DNA of 64,000 bases from Clostridium sp. CAG:492. Its GTDB lineage: Bacteria > Bacillota > Clostridia > TANB77 > CAG-508. The notes under the pieces were generated by a model. That model was not told the origin of the DNA. It saw only the letters and a program-made list of their open reading frames with translations, and ran no database searches. The stretch is taken from contig FR878314.1 of the NCBI GenBank assembly GCA_000434335.1, positions 992 through 64,991 of the forward strand. Reading direction: 5' to 3'. Below, piece by piece: positions 1-12,841 of this stretch (the first letter of the stretch is position 1; every line of letters begins with the position of its first letter). The translations under genes and the position numbers were made by a program.

Positions 1-956
1 CTCATGAATTATATAAAAAGTTAGAAAATTATTTAGAAGAAAATAATATAAATATGATGTTTGAAACTGAAGTTCAAGATTTAATAATTGAAAATAATTC
101 AGTAAAAGGAGTAAAAGTTTTAAATAAGAAAAGCAATAAAAAGCAAGAATTATTTTCTGACAATGTAATAATTGCAGTAGGAAGAAAAGGCGCAAACTGG
201 CTTGTTGAAATGTGTGATAAACACAATATTATAACAAAATCTGGTTGTGTTGATATAGGTGTAAGATATGAATTACCAGATGCAGTTATGAAAGATGTAA
301 ATAAATATATGTATGAAGGAAAATTTATTGGATATCCATACCCATACAAAGATAAAGTAAGAACATTTTGTCAAAATCCAAGTGGTTTTGTTTCATCAGA
401 AGTATATGATAATAATTTAAGTTTAGTAAATGGGCACTCATATAAAGAGAAAAAAAGCACAAATACAAATTTAGCGATTTTAGTATCACATAATTTTACA
501 TATCCATTTAATAAACCAATTGATTATGGAAGAAATGTAGCAAAAAATTTAAATGAGCTTGCAAATGGAAATGTTATAGTTCAAAGATTGGGTGATATAA
601 ATAGAGGAAAAAGAACTTGGCAAGAAGAATTAGACAAAAATTCAGTAGTACCAACATTAAAATCAGCAGTACCAGGAGATATAACATTTGCAATAGGTTA
701 CAGAACTATGACAGATATTTTGCAATTTATAAAAGAGATGGATAAAATAGTTGAAGGATTTGCAAATCCGGATAATTTACTATATGCTCCAGAAATTAAG
801 TTTTACAGTAATAAATTAGAAATAGACAACAATTTTGAATCAAGTGTAAGAGGCTTATACTCAATAGGAGATGGCGGAGGAATGACAAGAGGATTAATGA
901 TGGCATCATGCTCAGGAGTGCAAATGGCAAGAAATCTGGCTGGAAAAATTGATTAG
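1..956 (+). CDS. FAD-dependent oxidoreductase-like protein (COG2509-type uncharacterised dehydrogenase), 5' end cut by window edge
   Basis: The frame of the 54..956 ORF stays open back to position 3, so the gene starts upstream of the window. The C-terminal GDGGGMTRGLMMASCSG motif is typical of this flavoprotein family. Confidence 0.55.
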   Translation, partial: HELYKKLENYLEENNINMMFETEVQDLIIENNSVKGVKVLNKKSNKKQELFSDNVIIAVGRKGANWLVEMCDKHNIITKSGCVDIGVRYELPDAVMKDVNKYMYEGKFIGYPYPYKDKVRTFCQNPSGFVSSEVYDNNLSLVNGHSYKEKKSTNTNLAILVSHNFTYPFNKPIDYGRNVAKNLNELANGNVIVQRLGDINRGKRTWQEELDKNSVVPTLKSAVPGDITFAIGYRTMTDILQFIKEMDKIVEGFANPDNLLYAPEIKFYSNKLEIDNNFESSVRGLYSIGDGGGMTRGLMMASCSGVQMARNLAGKID

Positions 957-1047
957 TAATTAACTTAATATTATATTTTGCCAAAAGAATATAGGTTACA
1001 GTAAATATTGAAATTACAGATTATCAATCTAAAGTGCAATATCAATG

Positions 1048-1074
1048 TTTAAAGTGCAATTTTTGCACTTTAAA
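1048..1074. repeat. Perfect 12-bp inverted repeat TTTAAAGTGCAA-TTT-TTGCACTTTAAA, with an extra direct copy CTAAAGTGCAAT at 1029-1040
   Basis: Read directly from the sequence, between two convergent genes. Confidence 0.6.
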
Positions 1075-1093
1075 GTTGCATCAAATAACTAAT

Positions 1094-1126
1094 AAAAAAT
1101 TCAAGCCTTTTGGCTTGAATTTTTTA
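1094..1126. terminator. Bidirectional intrinsic terminator
   Basis: 10-bp stem AATTCAAGCC/GGCTTGAATT with a TTTT loop, flanked by an A-run and a T-run. It overlaps the stop codon of the Lon-family gene. Confidence 0.7.
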
Positions 1127-3508
1127 TTCTTCTATTTTTATATCAGCATATTTTTTTAATTTTTCATAAGCTAAATAATTTATTGTACCTGCTGGAAAGT
1201 TTCCGTTTGAATCTTTTTTTCCTGCTGGAACACCGGTTAAAAGTTCAATTCCTTCATCAATTGTACTTATAGCATAAATATGGAATAATCCATTTTTTAC
1301 AGCATCAACTACTTCGTTTGATAGGTTTAAATTCTTTTGATTTTGAATTGGAATCATAACAGAATGAGTTCCATCAAGTCCACGCATTTTACAAATTTGG
1401 AAAAATCCTTCTATTTTTTCATTTACACCACCGATTGGTTGAATTTCGCCTTTTTGATTTACTGAACCAGTAACTGCAAATGATTGATTAATTGGTACTC
1501 CAGATAAACTTGATAAAATTGCATATAGCTCTGTACTTGATGCACTGTCTCCATCAACACCATTATATAGTTGCTCAAAACATATACTTGCTGTAAGAGA
1601 TAGGGGAATATCTTGTGCAAATTTTTCACCTAAGTATCCACTTAAAATATATACACCTTTTGAGTGAGTAGAGCCAGATAAATCAACTTCTCTTTCAATA
1701 TTTATTACACCATTTTTTCCAGTATATGTTGTTGCTGTTATTTTTACGGGCTTTCCAAACATATAGTCACCAATATTCATTATTGTTAAACCATTTATTT
1801 GTCCGACTTTTGCTCCTGTTGTATCAATTAATAAAGTATTTTCTTTTATCATTTCTGTATACATTGAATCATATTTTTTTATTCTATTTGCTCTTTCAGA
1901 TAAAGCCATATCTACAAATTCAGCTGTTACAATTTTTGATTTTTTCATTTTTGCCCATGTTGCAGCTTCACCAATTATTTGTGCTAAATCATTAAATCTA
2001 GTAGAAAGTTTGTCTTGGTTATCAGCAAGTCGTGAAGAATATTCCATTATTTTTGCAACTGCAGATGGGTCAAGGTGAGGAAGTTGTTCTTGTTCACAGA
2101 AACCATGAATAAATCTTGCTAATTTGTTCATATTTTCTTCTGTATTATCAGAGCTATCTTCAAATTCAACTTTTATTTTAAATAATTTTCTAAAATCATA
2201 ATCAACTGCAAGTAGTGTTTGATATATTTGTTCATCTCCAACAATAATAACTTTTAAATCTAGTGGAATTGGTTCAGGCTTTAAAGAAACCATAACCATT
2301 GGTGAGCGAGGGTCTGCAGTATTTTCAATTAATAATTGTTTTTGACGTAATGCTTTTTTTAGTCCTTCATAACAAACTGAATTTTCTATTAAATCATGTG
2401 CTTGAAAAATTATATATCCACCGTTTGCTTTGTGTAGTAAACCTGGTTTTAACATAGTGTAATCTGTTTTCAAAGAACCATAGTAATTTTCATATTCAAG
2501 TTTTCCAAATATATTGTGATAAGAATAATTTGAATCCATAATTACAGGAGCACCTTCTTGTGCACTATTATCGATAAATAAGTTTACTCTATAATTTTCC
2601 CAAGGTTTTGGTGGCTCAGGTCTAGGACCAGGCATTTGTTGTGTTTCAATTTGAGGCTCTACTAAGAAGTAGTCAATATTTTTTAATATATCTTTTTTGA
2701 TATTTTCTAAAAAAGTACTAATTTTTTTATTTCTTTTAAACTTTGATCTTATATAATTTATATGTGCATTTATTGTTAATAAAGCAACATTAGATTGCCA
2801 TTCAGATAATTTCTTTTGAGATTCTTGTTCAATATTTTTTATTTCACTAATAACTTGTAAAATTTGCTCTTGAACAATGCTTGAATTATCTTCAAAGTTT
2901 TGTTTAGTTTTATCATCTAATTTTTCAAATTCTTCTTGTTCAATTGCTTTACCATTAATAATAGGCATCATATAAATTCCGTTTTGAGCTGATTTTACTT
3001 GAAATCCATATTTTTCTGACTTTTTATTTAATTTAACCATTAAGGCTTCACGTTTTTCTTCATAAGTTTGAGCTATTAAAGCTTTTTCTTTTTCAAAGTC
3101 TTCATTGTTAAATGTATTTTTCAAATCATTTTTTATATCTTTTATAAAAGCATCCATTTGCTCTTTAAATTCTTTACCTTGTCCAGCATGTAAAGGTAGG
3201 GCAATTGGTTCATTAGGATTTTCAAAGTTGTATATATAACACCAATCACAAGGAGTCTTTTGCTTTTTAGAAATTTTATCTAAATAATGTTTAGTATACA
3301 TTGTTTTTCCAACTCCAGCAGGACCTTCAAGATATAAGTTATATCCATTTATATCTACATTTAAACCAAACTCTAAAGCTTTAATTCCTCTTTCTTGTCC
3401 AATTCCAGTTTCAATATTGTCCAATTCTTCAGTTGTTTTAAATTTAAAAATACTTGGATCACAACTAATTTTTAAATTTTTGTAATTTAATTCATTTTTA
3501 TTTTTCAT
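1124..3508 (-). CDS. Lon-family ATP-dependent protease (N-terminal AAA+ ATPase plus C-terminal Lon Ser-Lys protease domain, LonC-like)
   Basis: 794 aa. Walker A LEGPAGVGKT near the N-terminus. C-terminal DGDSASSTELYAILSSLSG...PIGGVNEKIEGFF matches a Lon proteolytic domain. Confidence 0.75.
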   Translation of the reverse strand: MKNKNELNYKNLKISCDPSIFKFKTTEELDNIETGIGQERGIKALEFGLNVDINGYNLYLEGPAGVGKTMYTKHYLDKISKKQKTPCDWCYIYNFENPNEPIALPLHAGQGKEFKEQMDAFIKDIKNDLKNTFNNEDFEKEKALIAQTYEEKREALMVKLNKKSEKYGFQVKSAQNGIYMMPIINGKAIEQEEFEKLDDKTKQNFEDNSSIVQEQILQVISEIKNIEQESQKKLSEWQSNVALLTINAHINYIRSKFKRNKKISTFLENIKKDILKNIDYFLVEPQIETQQMPGPRPEPPKPWENYRVNLFIDNSAQEGAPVIMDSNYSYHNIFGKLEYENYYGSLKTDYTMLKPGLLHKANGGYIIFQAHDLIENSVCYEGLKKALRQKQLLIENTADPRSPMVMVSLKPEPIPLDLKVIIVGDEQIYQTLLAVDYDFRKLFKIKVEFEDSSDNTEENMNKLARFIHGFCEQEQLPHLDPSAVAKIMEYSSRLADNQDKLSTRFNDLAQIIGEAATWAKMKKSKIVTAEFVDMALSERANRIKKYDSMYTEMIKENTLLIDTTGAKVGQINGLTIMNIGDYMFGKPVKITATTYTGKNGVINIEREVDLSGSTHSKGVYILSGYLGEKFAQDIPLSLTASICFEQLYNGVDGDSASSTELYAILSSLSGVPINQSFAVTGSVNQKGEIQPIGGVNEKIEGFFQICKMRGLDGTHSVMIPIQNQKNLNLSNEVVDAVKNGLFHIYAISTIDEGIELLTGVPAGKKDSNGNFPAGTINYLAYEKLKKYADIKIEE

Positions 3509-3534
3509 TTGTTCCTCCTTAAATTTAAAGTTGG

Positions 3535-4014
3535 TTATATGTATAAAGTCATTATAATAGCAGAATCGGTGTTATTATAATATTTTTTTCTAAGACCAAC
3601 TTTAGTAAAATTAAATTTTTCGTATAGTTTTATTGCAGGTATGTTATGTTCATTTACTTCTAATGTTACTGAATTTAAATTTTGTTCTTTGGAAATTTGT
3701 ATTAGGTTTTGTAAAAGTAAAGTTCCAATACCTAAATTTCTTTTGTCTTTTTTTGTAACAATGTTCATAATATTTGCTTCATCAACAATTGTAAGAATTC
3801 CTGCAAAACCAACAATTGTTTCATTTTGTTTAGCAACAATATATGTTGTATTGGTATTTAAAAATTCTTGTTTTAAAATTTCATAGTTCCAAAAATTATC
3901 AAATTCTGTAATTAAATTTTCCTTTAAATATAATAAATCTTTATCACACATTTTGCAAATTGTAATATGATTTGCAAAAGTATTTAAAGTTTGTTCTTTT
4001 AAATTATCACTCAT
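3535..4014 (-). CDS. rimI: Ribosomal-protein-alanine N-acetyltransferase (GNAT)
   Basis: 159-aa GNAT fold with an RNLGIGTLLL acetyl-CoA motif. It sits directly after tsaB, matching the conserved tsaE-tsaB-rimI order. Confidence 0.75.
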   Translation of the reverse strand: MSDNLKEQTLNTFANHITICKMCDKDLLYLKENLITEFDNFWNYEILKQEFLNTNTTYIVAKQNETIVGFAGILTIVDEANIMNIVTKKDKRNLGIGTLLLQNLIQISKEQNLNSVTLEVNEHNIPAIKLYEKFNFTKVGLRKKYYNNTDSAIIMTLYI

Positions 4015-4707
4015 CTATTTTTCACCAGCTAAATTTCTTTCTGCTTGAGATTTTTTTAAATAAATAGGTAGTAGAGAATTTGAATCACCATATATACCAT
4101 TAGTAAACTTATTATATGCAGATTTGCCAATACTGATACTTGTTTGCAAATTTTGTTCACTATTAGCAAAAACAGGATTTTTTATTAATGTGATAATTAA
4201 ATCATGGTGAATTACAGAACCATCTCCAACAAAAATTAATTTGTCATCATATATAGATAAATCACTTAAAATATCATGGATAGAACATGATTTAAAATCA
4301 CCAATTTGTGTATATGCTGTTCCATTATTACTAAATAAAGAATAATAAACATTCTCATTTTTGGCATCAATTAAACTTACAATTAAACCAGATTCTGTAA
4401 CATTATAAGCTAAGCTCTCTAAAGATGTAACTCCAACTACTGGAATATTTTTGGCATCTGCAAAAGCTTTTATTGTTGCAATTCCGATTCTAATACCAGT
4501 AAAAGAGCCAGGACCTTGTGAACAAGCAAGTAAATCAATATTATCTAATGTTAAATTAGTATCTTTGAAAAGTTCATCAATTAGAGGCATCAGGTTTTGG
4601 GAATGTGTTTTTTCATCATTAGTATGTTTTTCTAGTATAACAGTGGTATCTTCTAAAATAGATACTGAGCAAATTTTAGAAGATGTATCTATTGATAATA
4701 TTTTCAT
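4015..4707 (-). CDS. tsaB: tRNA threonylcarbamoyladenosine (t6A) biosynthesis protein TsaB
   Basis: N-terminal MKILSIDTSS and GPGSFTGIRIG motifs. The stop codon abuts the rimI start. Confidence 0.85.
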   Translation of the reverse strand: MKILSIDTSSKICSVSILEDTTVILEKHTNDEKTHSQNLMPLIDELFKDTNLTLDNIDLLACSQGPGSFTGIRIGIATIKAFADAKNIPVVGVTSLESLAYNVTESGLIVSLIDAKNENVYYSLFSNNGTAYTQIGDFKSCSIHDILSDLSIYDDKLIFVGDGSVIHHDLIITLIKNPVFANSEQNLQTSISIGKSAYNKFTNGIYGDSNSLLPIYLKKSQAERNLAGEK

Positions 4708-4813
4708 TATTATTTTTAATTAATCATATAGAAAATCTATTGAATAATTAAATCCTCCTTGTATATATATTTAGATTTTTTAGGGGAAGACCTATAAACC
4801 CAAAATAATATAA

Positions 4814-5263
4814 TTAAAATAAATTTTGATATTTATTTCCAAAAGTTTCAACTTTCAATTTTCTGTAATTTTCATTAGAATCATCTTTTTCAAATGTTAT
4901 ATGAATGTAATCTTTAGGAAGTGCATCTTTTATAAGTTCACCCCATTCGATAATACAAATACCATTTTCAAAATATTCATCACCACCAATGGCATAAAAC
5001 TCATCAGTATCTGACAAGCGGTAAACATCAAAATGATAAATGTTTAAACCAGTATTACTATTATATTCATTAACAATTGTAAAAGTAGGACTAGAAATTT
5101 CATTTTCAAGTCCAAAATATTCTAGAAAACCTTGAGTGAATTTCGTTTTCCCAGATCCAAGTTCACCAGTTAAAACAATAATATCACCCTTATGTAGTTT
5201 AGAAGCTAAACCTTTTGCAAAATTAATTGTATCTTTTTCAGATTTTGAAATAAAATTATACAT
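4814..5263 (-). CDS. tsaE: tRNA t6A biosynthesis ATPase TsaE
   Basis: 149 aa. P-loop GELGSGKT, SPTFTI and HFDVYRL motifs are typical of YjeE/TsaE. Confidence 0.85.
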   Translation of the reverse strand: MYNFISKSEKDTINFAKGLASKLHKGDIIVLTGELGSGKTKFTQGFLEYFGLENEISSPTFTIVNEYNSNTGLNIYHFDVYRLSDTDEFYAIGGDEYFENGICIIEWGELIKDALPKDYIHITFEKDDSNENYRKLKVETFGNKYQNLF

Positions 5264-5591
5264 ATTTTCACCTTTTTTTATTAAATTATTCTGCGTATAT
5301 TTTATATTAATATGGCGATTTTGTAAATAAAAAGTGGAATTTTTGTTAAATGAATAACATAAAAAATAGTTTCTATATCAATTTATGTCTGTTTTTTCAA
5401 TTATTTTCTGAGATTTTGTGTATGAAATTACACATTTGAAAAAAATTGTGTCATAATAATAATACAGTTTAAATTGATTTTCAATATAAATCATACGACA
5501 ACATTTGATGTATAAATATCGAAAATACTACATTGACATTTAAAAATCTTTGTATTACTATAAGAAAAAAATTAGAAAGGAAAATTTTATT

Positions 5592-6257
5592 ATGAAAGAA
5601 TGTAAAATTGAAAATTTATATAATTTAAATGAAACAATTGCAAGAGATGTGTTTGATGGATGCACATATCCTTGGGAAGTATTACCTAAAATTAAAGATT
5701 TCATAATACATTTAGGAAATACATTAAGTAAAGAAGAATATGATAAGATAGGCGAAAATGTATGGATCGCTAAAACTGCAAAAGTTGCACCAACTGCTTA
5801 TATAAATGGTCCAGCTATTATTGGAAAAAATGCTGAGGTGAGACATTGTGCATTTATAAGAGGCAATGCCATAGTTGGCGAAAATGCAGTTGTAGGAAAT
5901 TCTACAGAGCTAAAAAATGTAATACTATTCAACAATGTTCAAGTTCCACATTATAATTATGTAGGAGATTCAATATTAGGATATAAATCTCATATGGGAG
6001 CAGGGTCTATTACTTCAAATGTAAAATCAGATAAAAAGTTAGTTATTGTAAAAAATGAAAGTGAAAAAATTGAAACAGGTTTAAAGAAATTTGGCTCAAT
6101 GCTTGGTGATAATGTTGAAGTAGGTTGTGGCTCTATTTTAAATCCTGGGAGTGTTATTGGAAGAAACACAAATATATATCCATTGTCTTCAGTAAGAGGT
6201 GTTATAAAATCAAATAGCATTTATAAAAGACAGGGAGAAATTGTAAAAAAAGTATAA
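5592..6257 (+). CDS. Hexapeptide-repeat (left-handed beta-helix) acyl/nucleotidyl-transferase-like protein
   Basis: Repeated [LIV]G-x4 hexapeptide pattern (IIGKNAEV, IVGENAVVGNS and others). Start moved to the ATG preceded by GAAAGG. A TTGACA-17-TACTAT promoter lies upstream. Confidence 0.55.
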   Translation: MKECKIENLYNLNETIARDVFDGCTYPWEVLPKIKDFIIHLGNTLSKEEYDKIGENVWIAKTAKVAPTAYINGPAIIGKNAEVRHCAFIRGNAIVGENAVVGNSTELKNVILFNNVQVPHYNYVGDSILGYKSHMGAGSITSNVKSDKKLVIVKNESEKIETGLKKFGSMLGDNVEVGCGSILNPGSVIGRNTNIYPLSSVRGVIKSNSIYKRQGEIVKKV

Positions 6258-6262
6258 ATTTA

Positions 6263-6291
6263 TTGACAATGTAAACATAATGTGATATAAA
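6263..6291 (+). promoter_or_regulatory. Sigma-A type promoter TTGACA-17-TATAAA with a TGn extended -10
   Basis: TTGACA at 6263-6268 and TGaTATAAA ending at 6291, about 30 nt upstream of the 64-aa ORF. Confidence 0.5.
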
Positions 6292-6322
6292 TAAATCATC
6301 ATTTTTTAGGAGGAAAATTCCA

Positions 6323-6517
6323 ATGGAAAGATTTTTTGTTGAAGAGGGGATTGCTTATTATAAGGACCCCGAAACAAATGAAGTTCAATACCTGGGGGTG
6401 GTTCAGTACAATGATAGAAATGAAATAACAGCTATCATTGACCTGGTGAATGGGGGAAATATTCTCAAAACTGTTCAGGTGAAAGAAAATGGAAAAAAAG
6501 TTTGGTATGTAATGTAA
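6323..6517 (+). CDS. Hypothetical 64-aa protein (orphan, atypical codon usage)
   Basis: AGGAGG RBS 7 nt upstream, with its own promoter and terminator. Uses CTG/CTC/GGG/GTG/CCC codons that are rare in neighbouring genes. Confidence 0.5.
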   Translation: MERFFVEEGIAYYKDPETNEVQYLGVVQYNDRNEITAIIDLVNGGNILKTVQVKENGKKVWYVM

Positions 6518-6543
6518 TCCTAGAGGAGAAAATTACTCAAAAG

Positions 6544-6587
6544 AGGCGCAACAGTCTAATGTTAGATTTGTTGTGCCTTTTGCTTTT
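6544..6587 (+). terminator. Intrinsic terminator of the 64-aa ORF
   Basis: 10-bp stem AGGCGCAACA/TGTTGTGCCT (one G-U pair), followed by TTTGCTTTT. Confidence 0.6.
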
Positions 6588-6660
6588 AGATTTATATTTT
6601 TATATAAAAAAGTGCTTGTAAAATTATGTTTATAATGATACAATAATAATATATTAAAAA

Positions 6661-6716
6661 TAGATTAAAAAAAAACCCCTAAAAACAGGGGACAATTTTT
6701 TTTAATCTATTTTTTT
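6661..6716 (+). promoter_or_regulatory. Terminator-like hairpin in the pyrG 5' leader (candidate attenuator)
   Basis: Long imperfect hairpin TAGATTAAAAAAAAACCCCT...AGGGGACAATTTTTTTTAATCTA followed by T7. It lies downstream of a TTGTAA-17-TGaTACAAT promoter (6616-6644) and about 35 nt upstream of the pyrG start. Confidence 0.4.
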
Positions 6717-6734
6717 GTTTTTAGAATAATTTAA

Positions 6735-8348
<1,614 letters not shown>

Positions 8349-8414
8349 CTTTGTGAAAGTTATGTGAATTTTAAGAAATAAATATTGACATTTAATACCA
8401 ATAGGTATAAATTA

Positions 8415-8441
8415 TTAGCAGTCTAGCAAATAGACTGCTAA
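8415..8441 (+). promoter_or_regulatory. CIRCE operator (HrcA binding site) in the groESL promoter region
   Basis: TTAGCAGTC-N9-GACTGCTAA matches the CIRCE consensus TTAGCACTC-N9-GAGTGCTAA. A TTGACA -35 lies at 8385-8390. Confidence 0.85.
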
Positions 8442-8487
8442 TAATTTTTATACATATTATTAATACAAGCTAAATATATATTAATAA

Positions 8488-10469
<1,982 letters not shown>

Positions 10470-10511
10470 TAAAATTGGGTGACAAATAAAAATTGAGTTG
10501 CCACAAAATTT

Positions 10512-10540
10512 TCCAGAGAAATCTTTCTCTGGATTTTTTT
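10512..10540 (+). terminator. Intrinsic terminator after groEL
   Basis: Stem TCCAGAGAA/TTCTCTGGA followed by T7. Confidence 0.7.
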
Positions 10541-10626
10541 GTTAATTAATAAAAAAATCTTCACATAATAGACATAAATGTACTTTATAATGTATAATAC
10601 ATAAAAAAACGAAAGGATGTAATGTT

Positions 10627-11310
10627 ATGGCAGATATAACAATTCTTGTAGTAGATGATGAGTCAAGAATGAGAAAATTAATTAAAGATTTTTTGAAAGT
10701 GAAAGGATACCATATATTAGAAGCTGGTGATGGTGAAGAAGCTCTTAAGGTTTTTGAAGAAAATAAAAATGAAATTAATTTAATTTTATTAGATGTAATG
10801 ATGCCTAAACTAGATGGATGGTCTGTTTTAAGACAAATAAGGCAAACATCAAATGTTCCAATTATAATGTTAACTGCTAGAGGAGAAGAGCAAGATGAAT
10901 TATTTGGATTTGAATTAGGAGTAGATGAATATATATCAAAACCGTTTAGTCCTAAAATACTTGTGGCACGAGTTGAGGCAATATTAAAAAGACTACAAGT
11001 GAAAGAAAAGGATATAAAAGATTATGGCGGAATAATTATAAATTCAGAAGGTAGAACAGTAGAAGTTGATTCTAAAAAAATTGATTTAAGTTTAAGAGAA
11101 TATGAATTATTAAAATATTTAGTAGACAATGAAGGAATTGCTCTTTCAAGAGATAAAATATTAAATAATGTATGGAATTATGATTATTATGGTGATTCAA
11201 GAACAATAGACAGCCATATAAAAAAGATAAGACACAAACTTGGTAAAAAAGGCAAATATATACATACTATGAGAGGGGTAGGTTATAAATTTGAAATCGA
11301 AGAAAAATAA
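10627..11310 (+). CDS. OmpR-family response regulator
   Basis: Receiver domain (ILVVDDE, LDVMMPKLDG) plus a winged-helix C-terminus (MRGVGYKF). Confidence 0.85.
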   Translation: MADITILVVDDESRMRKLIKDFLKVKGYHILEAGDGEEALKVFEENKNEINLILLDVMMPKLDGWSVLRQIRQTSNVPIIMLTARGEEQDELFGFELGVDEYISKPFSPKILVARVEAILKRLQVKEKDIKDYGGIIINSEGRTVEVDSKKIDLSLREYELLKYLVDNEGIALSRDKILNNVWNYDYYGDSRTIDSHIKKIRHKLGKKGKYIHTMRGVGYKFEIEEK

Positions 11311-12805
11311 AAAAATAAGAAAACCTATGTCCATACAGGTAAAGTTATTTTTTTCATTGTGTGTAGTAATTGTACTTACAATTTTATTTTTAATTATAAT
11401 AAATAATTTAGTACTTGAAACCTTTTATATTTATAATAAAAAAGATTCTGCAAAAGATTTGTATGAGCAAATAAACGAAAAATATAATAATAATGTAGCA
11501 GAGGAAGAAATTGAAGAATTTATTAAATATCAGGCTTCAAAAAATAATTTGGATATTTTAATAACAGATGTGAAAACGAATAAAGTTATAACCAATGACC
11601 AAACACGAATTGAAGCTTTGGAAAAACTAAAAACAATCGTAGAGTTTAATCAAAATGGAAAATGGGGAGAAACATTATATAATGCCAAAAATATTATAAT
11701 AAAGACTGTAAAGGATAACTCAATAAACCGTAATTATATAGTTTTAATGGCAAAGTTAGATAATAAAAATGAGTTATATATGAGAACTCCTATTTCAGCA
11801 ATAAAGGAAAGTTTGCGAATTAGTAATAATGTTTTATTATTGGTTGGATTTATTTCGGTTATTGTTGCAGGAGTAATTGCATCAATGATTTCTAAGCGTT
11901 TTTCAGATCCAATACTTGAATTAAATGATATTGCTAAACAAGTGTCTAAACTAAATTTTTCGCAAAGATATATTCCAAGTAAATCTAATGATGAAATGGA
12001 TCAACTTGGTGAAAGTATTAATATGATGTCTGATAAACTTGAAAACACAATTAATGAATTGCGAAAAAATAATGATGAATTAGAGCGTGATATTAAGGAA
12101 AAATCTAAAATAGATGAAATGAGAACACAGTTTATTTCTGATGTATCTCATGAATTAAAAACACCGATAGCGTTAATTCAAGGATATGCAGAAGGATTAG
12201 TTGAAAATGTAAATAATGATGAAGAATCAAGGAAGTTTTATGCAGAAGTTATTTTAGATGAAGCAGATAAAATGGATAAATTAGTAAAGCAATTATTAGA
12301 ACTTATGAAGTTAGAGTATGGAAAAAGAGAATTTAATAATACAAAGTTTGATATAGTATCTTTAATAAAAGAAGAGCTAAGAAAATGTGATGTTATGATA
12401 AAAGAGCAAAATATAAAAGCAACATTAAAAAATGAAGAGCCTATATATGTGGAAGCTGATGATTTTTATATAGAGCAAGTAGTTACAAATTACATAACAA
12501 ATGCAATAAAATATTCGAAAGAAATAAATGGTAAAAAAGAAATAAAAATTGAAGTTACAGAAGAGCTAAATGGAATGGCTAGGATATCTGTATACAATAC
12601 GGGAGATAATTTTACTGAAGATGAGATGAAAAAAATTTGGGGGAGATTTTACAAAATTGATTCATCAAGAAATAGAGCAAGTGGAGGAACTGGAATAGGT
12701 TTATCTCTTGTAAAAGCAGTTATGAATAATTATGGTAATAAGTATGGTGTTCAGAATAGAGTTGATGGAGTTGAATTTTACTTTGAGTTGAAAATGGTAA
12801 ATTAG
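11291..12805 (+). CDS. Sensor histidine kinase (two TM segments, HAMP, HisKA, HATPase)
   Basis: H-box FISDVSHELKTP plus N and G boxes (GGTGIGLSLV). The start is uncertain: either the TTG at 11291, which overlaps the regulator gene, or the ATG at 11327. Confidence 0.8.
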   Translation: MKSKKNKKIRKPMSIQVKLFFSLCVVIVLTILFLIIINNLVLETFYIYNKKDSAKDLYEQINEKYNNNVAEEEIEEFIKYQASKNNLDILITDVKTNKVITNDQTRIEALEKLKTIVEFNQNGKWGETLYNAKNIIIKTVKDNSINRNYIVLMAKLDNKNELYMRTPISAIKESLRISNNVLLLVGFISVIVAGVIASMISKRFSDPILELNDIAKQVSKLNFSQRYIPSKSNDEMDQLGESINMMSDKLENTINELRKNNDELERDIKEKSKIDEMRTQFISDVSHELKTPIALIQGYAEGLVENVNNDEESRKFYAEVILDEADKMDKLVKQLLELMKLEYGKREFNNTKFDIVSLIKEELRKCDVMIKEQNIKATLKNEEPIYVEADDFYIEQVVTNYITNAIKYSKEINGKKEIKIEVTEELNGMARISVYNTGDNFTEDEMKKIWGRFYKIDSSRNRASGGTGIGLSLVKAVMNNYGNKYGVQNRVDGVEFYFELKMVN

Positions 12806-12841
12806 AAAATTAATATGGAATAGTACCTTAGGTATGTTGTC

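Noticed and set aside
1124-3508. Lon-like protease as a possible BREX BrxL-type defence component.
   Set aside because: No other BREX or defence genes (PglX methyltransferase, PglZ, BrxA/B/C) are nearby. It sits in the housekeeping rimI-tsaB-tsaE context and looks like the ordinary LonC-type protease of Clostridia-like genomes.
4708-4813. AAGGAGGA motif on the minus strand, about 48 nt upstream of the tsaB start.
   Set aside because: No start codon lies at a usable distance and an in-frame stop separates it from tsaB. It is probably fortuitous or part of an untranslated spacer.
5264-5591. 328-bp divergent intergenic region containing a 29-codon ORF (MNNIKNSFYINLCLFFQLFSEILCMKLHI) and a TGTGTA-N6-TACACA palindrome.
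   Set aside because: The small ORF has no RBS. The palindrome is short and the region is adequately explained by divergent promoters for tsaE and the hexapeptide-transferase gene.
6616-6716. B. subtilis-type reiterative-transcription (poly-G) control of pyrG.
   Set aside because: The predicted initially transcribed region is A/T-rich and lacks the GGGC start that mechanism needs. Only the generic attenuator idea is retained as a finding.
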